Source: Vicinamibacteria bacterium
GTDB taxonomy: Bacteria; Acidobacteriota; Vicinamibacteria; Fen-336; JAGNNV01
DNA length: 32,356 nt
Direction of reading: 5' to 3'
NCBI GenBank assembly: GCA_016650185.1
Contig: JAENWE010000053.1
Span: 1 to 32,356, forward strand
Shown here in pieces: positions 26,540 through 32,356 of this stretch. The translations under genes and the position numbers were made by a program. Below the pieces are notes generated by a model. That model ran no database searches. It saw nothing but the letters and a program-made list of their open reading frames with translations, and had not been told where the DNA came from. How positions within the stretch are numbered: position 1 is the stretch's first letter; each line of letters opens with the position of its first letter.

Positions 26540-28181
26540 CGGTTGCGATATCCAAGCGATAGAGGGCAGTAGAGCCCAGGCCGCGACCCTGGTCCGATGC
26601 GAAGAAAAGGGAGCATCCGTCGGGCGAGAACGTGGGATCAATCTCATTGGCGTCCGAGAAGGTCAGCCTGGTCGAGGCGCCACCAGCCTCAACGTTGTCA
26701 AGGTACAGGTTCCACGAGCCATGCGTGAATCTGGAGGTCACTCTTTCATCGCCTCGTATCGACGCAGCCGCTGTGCCGCACTCGAATCCCTCACCCCGGC
26801 TCTCCAGCCCATGTCCATCCGCTGATGGAGCCCACCAGCGCAGATGGGCGCCGCAGAAGTGCGGGTTCGCCATGGAGTAACCCCTCGCGCGGGAGACCCT
26901 TTCCCAGGCCTCTTCGCTGCGCCCCCAAGGTAGAGCGAGCACCCCCGCTATCGCTCCCAGCCCCACCGCCCTTCGCAGCATGAGGCGGTCCAGAAATGGC
27001 CAAGCGATAACGAAGGCGACGGCGAGAAGGCCAAACAGCCGAATGAATGCAAGCGGCGCCAGGATTCCGGGCACCGAACGGAACATGTTCACGAGTGGCG
27101 AACCCAGAAGGGCCCAAAAGATCAACCAGATCCCGAGCGATGCTGCGCGCAGGCGGTGCGCCACCGCCAGCACGGGAAGGACCAGAAGCACGAGATGGTA
27201 CGAGGCCACATAAGGCGACGCACACAGGCTGAACGCCACACCGATGGCCACGGCGACGGTGGCCTTTCCGGCGTCGAGGGCCTTCCGGGCTGCGACCAGG
27301 CCGAGGATGAGAAGCGCGGCGGAAATCGCCGCACCAACGAAGCGGGCCGCAATCGGCGCATGCACCCAGGGTTGTGGGTTCAAATCCGGTTCGCACCGAA
27401 GGAATCGGTTCACAAGCGCCAGGAGGCTTCCCCACCCGGGAGAAAACGGATCCTGGATGTCGCCTCGTGCCATCCAGGGCAGCACCTTCGATGCGAACTC
27501 GATGAACGGTTGGGCTCCGGTCAACATCCACAAGGCGCTCGAGGGTCCAAGGGCGCCGCAAGCAAAACCGGCGAGCAGCCGGCGGCGATCCCGGTGCACG
27601 AAGAGAACCCCGATGGCCAGAGCGTAGGGCTTGAACGACGCCCCGAAACCAAGGAGAAAGCCGGCGAGGGCAAGGCTTCCATGTTGAAGAGCCAAGACTC
27701 CGACGAGGAGCAGGGAGGTCAGGATCAGATAGGGCTGGCCGAACGCAAGTCCATTGCGGACGGCCAGGGTCGGCCCCAGGACCAGAACCGTCGCCAGCGA
27801 AGGCCTTACCCCGGGGGCAAGTCGGTTCACCGCCCAAACCGCGCCCAGGATGGAGCAGATGAGGACAATCGTCCACACCGACTTGGCGGCACCTGGAGGG
27901 AGCCCGGCAAGCGGAAGCAGCCAAAGCGCGTTGGCCGGCGGATGCGGAACAAACGAGCCCAGTCCGGTGAGTCCCGCCTCGGTCATGGCTTTCGCGAAGC
28001 CGTCGCGGCCGTACAGCGCCCCTAGATCGCCGCCCCGGGCCAGCACGAATGCCGGCGTGAAATAGTTGGCGAAGTCGCTTTGGGTTGGATCCCCAGCGCT
28101 CTTCACCAGGACCGGTATTTGCACGGCGGCCAGGAGCAGCGCCAAAACCGTCCACCCCCAACGGGCGATCTTCTGGCTCAA
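26424..28181 (-). CDS. GT87-like (alpha-mannosyltransferase-type) membrane protein with C-terminal PD40/TolB-like repeat
   Basis: SDFANYF, FVPHPP, NGLAFGQ and ASFKPY motifs with many TM segments. C-terminus RLTFSDANEIDPTFSPDGCSLFFASD. TTG start after GGAG. Confidence 0.75.
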   Translation of the reverse strand: MSQKIARWGWTVLALLLAAVQIPVLVKSAGDPTQSDFANYFTPAFVLARGGDLGALYGRDGFAKAMTEAGLTGLGSFVPHPPANALWLLPLAGLPPGAAKSVWTIVLICSILGAVWAVNRLAPGVRPSLATVLVLGPTLAVRNGLAFGQPYLILTSLLLVGVLALQHGSLALAGFLLGFGASFKPYALAIGVLFVHRDRRRLLAGFACGALGPSSALWMLTGAQPFIEFASKVLPWMARGDIQDPFSPGWGSLLALVNRFLRCEPDLNPQPWVHAPIAARFVGAAISAALLILGLVAARKALDAGKATVAVAIGVAFSLCASPYVASYHLVLLVLPVLAVAHRLRAASLGIWLIFWALLGSPLVNMFRSVPGILAPLAFIRLFGLLAVAFVIAWPFLDRLMLRRAVGLGAIAGVLALPWGRSEEAWERVSRARGYSMANPHFCGAHLRWWAPSADGHGLESRGEGFECGTAAASIRGDERVTSRFTHGSWNLYLDNVEAGGASTRLTFSDANEIDPTFSPDGCSLFFASDQGRGLGSTALYRLDIATVSSGCGKVGLASARRRSEQEELPPRPRDADSLQPPGRR

Positions 28182-28214
28182 CTCGCCAACTCCGCGAACG
28201 AGGGTTCCGGTGGG

Positions 28215-29399
28215 CTAGAAGGCGGTTTCAACCTGCAGCGAGCTGAACCGTTTCACATTGTTGTTGGAGAAGTTCACTTGTCCCGACAGCTTTACTTTCC
28301 AGATCACGATCTGAACGCCGGGGAGAAATGACGTGAGTGAGGCCCGGTCCGACGCACCCGCCAAGTCAACGCTTCGAGTCTGGACTCGAGCGGTGAGGGC
28401 AACACCGTCGCCGAGGTGATAGTCGCCGGCGAGAAAGCCACCCGCGAACCCGAGCGGTTCGCCCGTTCCACTCGGCTGGGATGCTGAGAGAACAGAATTG
28501 CTGTTGCTCCCGTACAGCGCCACCCCGTAGACGTTGAGCTTCTTCACCCGGACGTTTCCGTCGATCCCCAGGCGAACGATGTTGTCCTTGGCCACGCCCA
28601 GCCGGGTCGCGCTGATCCGGGCCACCAGTTGGTTCCGCCCGACATAGGCGAACGCTCCAAAACGGCTCGATTCCAGTCGCCGCGAGACCCGCAAGAACAC
28701 GTTGCCGTCGAACTTTCCCGGATCACCCACGCCCGTGGATTTGGAGAGGTCCACCACGGCCTGGTTGTTCCGACCTTTCACCAACGAAGCCGAAATCCGG
28801 GTCGTTCCGAACTCTCCGCCCAGCTCCATACCCTCCTGGTAGCGTCCGATTCCATCTGTCTCAAGCCCCGTGTTGGTGCCGTAGATCGGGTAGGGCAGCA
28901 AGTGAGGGGTGCGCGTCTGGGTCACGGGGAGATCGAGCTCGAACCGACCCACCTTGCCGTAGAACCTGCCGAGCGGAGCGAGGTCCACCCGAACCCAGGC
29001 GTTGTCCGGCTTGATGTGAATGGTGTCTCCTCCCGCGCGGAGCCAGGCGTCGTCAACCCAGTAGGAGAGTTTGGTTCCCAGGTTGCCGGCGGAGAGAACC
29101 TTGAAGTAGCCGATATTTCGACCGGGGCCGCCTTCGGGCAAGTTTCGCGTTCCCTCCAGTCGGCCGGAGATCGGCGCGTGCTTGATCCAGGCGCTGCCGT
29201 CGAACTTGTCTTCATTCTGCAGCCGAAAGCCACGCTCTTTGAACCGCTCGCCGATCCGGTTGAGCTTCGGAAAGACCTGATGACAGAACGAACATGCGAC
29301 CTCATAGCGCCGCGCAAATGCGGGAACGGCGAAGACATCCGTCGCGGCGATGCTGAGGGCCAGGGCGAGCCACGCTCCTCGAGATGAAAAAGGCTTCAA
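28215..29399 (-). CDS. Cyc2-like fused monoheme cytochrome c / outer-membrane beta-barrel
   Basis: Signal peptide (…DVFA|VP), then PAFARRYEVACSFCHQVFPKLNRIGERFKERGF. Remainder is amphipathic beta-strands ending in Phe. GGAGG SD 8 nt before TTG. Confidence 0.8.
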   Translation of the reverse strand: MKPFSSRGAWLALALSIAATDVFAVPAFARRYEVACSFCHQVFPKLNRIGERFKERGFRLQNEDKFDGSAWIKHAPISGRLEGTRNLPEGGPGRNIGYFKVLSAGNLGTKLSYWVDDAWLRAGGDTIHIKPDNAWVRVDLAPLGRFYGKVGRFELDLPVTQTRTPHLLPYPIYGTNTGLETDGIGRYQEGMELGGEFGTTRISASLVKGRNNQAVVDLSKSTGVGDPGKFDGNVFLRVSRRLESSRFGAFAYVGRNQLVARISATRLGVAKDNIVRLGIDGNVRVKKLNVYGVALYGSNSNSVLSASQPSGTGEPLGFAGGFLAGDYHLGDGVALTARVQTRSVDLAGASDRASLTSFLPGVQIVIWKVKLSGQVNFSNNNVKRFSSLQVETAF

Positions 29400-29452
29400 T
29401 GCGGTTTCCTCCGAAATGAATGAATAATGAAATGAACGGCGAATAATGCGTC

Positions 29453-29481
29453 ATTGTACGGACAAGTGCCATGGTTCGGAA
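29453..29481 (-). promoter_or_regulatory. Putative sigma70 promoter of the cyc2-like gene
   Basis: Minus strand TTCCGA, 17-nt spacer, TACAAT. The -35 is overlapped by the palindrome GGTTC-G-GAACC (29473-29483). Confidence 0.45.
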
Positions 29482-29536
29482 CCGACGCGTTCAGAAGACC
29501 ACGCGGCTCGGAGGCTAAAGTCCCTCTATCTCCGCC

Positions 29537-30271
29537 ATGCATCCACTCCTTGCCGCTCTGCGGCGCCTTGCCTATCGGATCTGGCATCGCCGCGTCCGGG
29601 CGTCCCTCCAGGGGACGGACTCCTGCTCCCTCATGGACTTTGAACTGCTTGTTTCCCCCGGAGTCCTTCATCCCGCCCATTTCCTGTCGAGTCGGCTGCT
29701 GGCCCTCCATCTGACCACCCTCGATCTGGGCAACCGCACGGTCGCGGATGTCGGGACGGGTTCCGGTCTGCTGGCGCTCGTCGCAGCACGGTTGGGCGCC
29801 TCCGTGTGGGCGACGGATATCAACCCCGCGTCGGTCGACTGCGCTCGGGAGAACGCCGAGCGAAACGGGCTCGCCGACCGCGTGAACGTCGTGAACTCAG
29901 ATGTTCTCGAGGGCCTTCCGCCCGGCCTGCGGCTCGACTTCGTCGTTTCGAACCCTCCCTTCTACCCGCGTGACGCCCTGAACCTGAGGGATAGGGCATT
30001 CGCGGCGGGCGCCGGCTACGGCTTCTTCGAAAGACTTGCTGCCGCCTTGGGCGCACGCCTCGCCCCTGGCGGGTCCTTAATTATGGTTCATTCGTCGGAC
30101 GCCGACTTCGAACCGGTGAGAGAGATTCTCCAAACCCACCGAATCATCGGGCGGGTCGTCTCGACACGGCGTGGACTTTTCGAAACCTTGACCATCCGGG
30201 AATTCCAGCTCGAACTCCAGTCGTACCCGCCGGCGAGCGGCGCCTTCGATCGCTCGGAACGAGCCGGGTAA
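29537..30271 (+). CDS. HemK-like class I SAM-dependent methyltransferase
   Basis: VSPGVLHP, VADVGTGSGLLA, ATDINP, SNPPFY. Lacks the PrmC N-terminal helical domain. Confidence 0.85.
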   Translation: MHPLLAALRRLAYRIWHRRVRASLQGTDSCSLMDFELLVSPGVLHPAHFLSSRLLALHLTTLDLGNRTVADVGTGSGLLALVAARLGASVWATDINPASVDCARENAERNGLADRVNVVNSDVLEGLPPGLRLDFVVSNPPFYPRDALNLRDRAFAAGAGYGFFERLAAALGARLAPGGSLIMVHSSDADFEPVREILQTHRIIGRVVSTRRGLFETLTIREFQLELQSYPPASGAFDRSERAG

Positions 30272-30293
30272 CGGCCGGCCGGAACGACTGGGC

Positions 30294-32318
30294 CTACCGA
30301 ACATATCCGAGCGCTCGAAGCCTCTCTTCGGAGATGCGGTCGGGCGCCGAGGATTGGGATGATCCCGATCCGGAGAGGTCGTGAAGCACGACACTCATCG
30401 CCTTCACCCGCGCAGGCTCGATGAGAACGAGGTTTCGCTGCTCGCCCGGGTCCGCTGAAAGGTCGAACAACGCCGGGGCGACCTCTGGACCCTCGACGTA
30501 CTTGAACGGCCACTCAATGAGCGCCGAGAGGTCTCCCCGAGGGTAACTCGTGGGCAATCGCCCTTGCGGCCCGGGACGATGCTCGATGACCACCTGGCGC
30601 CTCTCGCCGAGGGGCCTGCAGTCCAGAGCGCCCTCAATGTGGAGGCCAGCCGCTCGGGCCAGGTAGCCGAAGACGTCGACAAGCTCAACCGGGGCCTCAA
30701 GACGCGCGCCCGACTCAAGGCCGGGCCCGCGGACGAAGAGGGGAATACGCGTCGCTTCCTCATCGAGCGAATTGCGGTGGCCAAACCTATCGTGCTCGCC
30801 CAGCGACTCCCCGTGGTCTGACGTGACCACCACAATCGCGCCCTCGTTCGATCCACCCGCGGTCACCGCCTCAAGAAGCCGGGTGAGGCTTCGATCGAGT
30901 GAATAGAGCGACTCGTCGTAGCGAGCGCGCAAGATCTCGGTCTCGGCCGGCGTGGGCCGGCCTCCCTGCAGGTATCTCCCAAGCACCGAAATCTGTTCGG
31001 TCTCGATGTCCAGAGCGACCGGAGCAAATCGACCCAGGTCTTGCCGTTCCGGAATCCAGGGCAGATGCGCCTCCATGAAGTTGACGAAGAGGAATCGCGG
31101 CCGGCCTGCCGCCTTCGCCCAGAACTCCAGGCTCCGATCGACGACCCACGGTGCGCGCATGGAAGGTCCGGGAAACCTCTCCCGCTTCGCTTCGAGCCAC
31201 ATGGCTCGCGGGAACCAGGCCAGCAGATCGAACAACCAGGGACGAAAAACAAACGGCCGGAGCGGCTCGACGTCAACGCGGTCGAATCCCGCGAGAAGAG
31301 GATCCTCGCGACCGAAGACACCAAAGTTAGCCGACACTGCGCCGGTGGCATACCCCGCGGCGCGTAGGCGCGAGGCCAGGAAGCGCTCGGAAGAGACGCG
31401 CTCCGAAGGAGCGTAGCCCGAGTCGTACTTGTTTCGGGTGAGGCGCAGACCAGAAAACAGTGAGGCGTGAGCGGGCAGCGTCCACGACGCGTTCGTCCAG
31501 GCTTTCTCGAAGGTGGTGGCGCGGCGCGCGAAGGCCTCAAGGCCGGGCATTGTCGTGCGTCGGCGCCCGTAGGAGGCCAGGGCCTGGGCGCGCACCGTGT
31601 CGAGGACGATGAGAACGACATCTGGCCTCGGCGTAGAAGACACGGCTTGCACGGCTCGTGGCGAGGGGGTCGAAGGGGCGCCTCGGCTCCAAAGGCCAAG
31701 ACCTACCGCCGGCCCCAGAAGGAAAACCAGGGCCGTCTTCGGCCAGATGGATACCAGACCACGCAGCGCGACGAAGACGGCGAGGCCGATCAGGGCTCCT
31801 AGAGCCAGGGCGCGGCTCGCACCGCCCAGCCTGACCCCGAACGCCACCACGGCCACGCGTCCCGCCAGAACGGGCAAAACAATACCCACGGTGGCCCCGA
31901 ACAGAAAGGGCGGTGACCCTCCGGTCCGGTCGGCCGCCCATCGGATGGCAAGGAAGCCCGGCAGCAGGACCCCGAGCAGTACAAGGATCCAAAGGGTCGA
32001 CGCCAGATCCGGGCCGACGCCATCAACAACCCGAAGAGCACCGACGGTGACCGGGAACCACAGGCTGATGCCGCGGCGAGGGACGGCCACGGCCAGGAGG
32101 GCGGCTCCGAGAGCCAAAAAGGGCAAGTAGGTCGTGAACGCCGCGCTGAAGAAGTTCCAGGAGGCGCTCGACGGACGCGGATAAGCCGCGACCGTCTCCG
32201 TCGCGGCCAGGATCAAACTGGCGGTGGCAGCCGCCACCATGCTTCTGGCCATTGTGCCGGGAGGCTCGCTTGGCGCCGACGCCCTGATCAGCATCTCGAG
32301 TCGCTTGAGTGGCCCCAT
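30294..32318 (-). CDS. Membrane-anchored sulfatase-like hydrolase/transferase (alkaline phosphatase superfamily)
   Basis: About 6-7 N-terminal TM segments; LIVLDTVRA, SWTLPAHASLFSG, NFMEAH, TSDHGE, LFDLSADPGE, ERLRALGY. True start may be the downstream ATG near 32252. Confidence 0.85.
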   Translation of the reverse strand: MGPLKRLEMLIRASAPSEPPGTMARSMVAAATASLILAATETVAAYPRPSSASWNFFSAAFTTYLPFLALGAALLAVAVPRRGISLWFPVTVGALRVVDGVGPDLASTLWILVLLGVLLPGFLAIRWAADRTGGSPPFLFGATVGIVLPVLAGRVAVVAFGVRLGGASRALALGALIGLAVFVALRGLVSIWPKTALVFLLGPAVGLGLWSRGAPSTPSPRAVQAVSSTPRPDVVLIVLDTVRAQALASYGRRRTTMPGLEAFARRATTFEKAWTNASWTLPAHASLFSGLRLTRNKYDSGYAPSERVSSERFLASRLRAAGYATGAVSANFGVFGREDPLLAGFDRVDVEPLRPFVFRPWLFDLLAWFPRAMWLEAKRERFPGPSMRAPWVVDRSLEFWAKAAGRPRFLFVNFMEAHLPWIPERQDLGRFAPVALDIETEQISVLGRYLQGGRPTPAETEILRARYDESLYSLDRSLTRLLEAVTAGGSNEGAIVVVTSDHGESLGEHDRFGHRNSLDEEATRIPLFVRGPGLESGARLEAPVELVDVFGYLARAAGLHIEGALDCRPLGERRQVVIEHRPGPQGRLPTSYPRGDLSALIEWPFKYVEGPEVAPALFDLSADPGEQRNLVLIEPARVKAMSVVLHDLSGSGSSQSSAPDRISEERLRALGYVR

Positions 32319-32356
32319 TGCACCCGCGGCTTCAATTGATGACGATGGGCTCCCGC

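Noticed and set aside
29415-29458. Canonical Fur box upstream of the cyc2-like gene
   Set aside because: ATAATG…CATT half-sites are present but the spacing does not fit GATAATGATAATCATTATC. Kept only as an unassigned repeat.
1-32356. CRISPR arrays, tRNA/rRNA genes, transposases, integrases, prophage or defence genes
   Set aside because: No regularly spaced repeats, cloverleaf or rRNA signatures, or matching protein motifs were seen. Intergenic gaps are short.

Overview
GC-rich bacterial chromosome segment from a diderm organism (lptE and mla genes). Gene content suggests Acidobacteriota or a delta-proteobacteria-like lineage, which is inference only. Left to right: a 5'-truncated GT-C/ArnT-like glycosyltransferase and a secreted beta-rich protein (+); a 163-bp CTAG-bounded palindromic MITE-like element; rimO, an exported M24 peptidase and mlaEFD (-); a chemosensory operon REC, coiled-coil/GAF, cheD, cheA, cheW (frameshifted), cheR, cheB (+) with no chemoreceptor gene; a convergent unit of an 89-aa ORF, a DUF4388/REC protein and a second, paralogous coiled-coil/GAF protein (-); leuS-lptE (-); rpmE-prfA-prmC-mutY (+); a stand-alone GAF protein; two more membrane glycosyltransferase-like genes; a Cyc2-like cytochrome-porin fusion; a second HemK-like methyltransferase; and a membrane-anchored Thr-type sulfatase-like protein. 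The most interesting items are the receptor-less Che system bracketed by twin coiled-coil/GAF proteins (one has a perfect MCP methylation-site consensus), the orphan Cyc2-like gene, the cheW frameshift and the MITE. No tRNA, rRNA, CRISPR array or transposase was recognised. All calls are by eye from motifs; no database searches were run.
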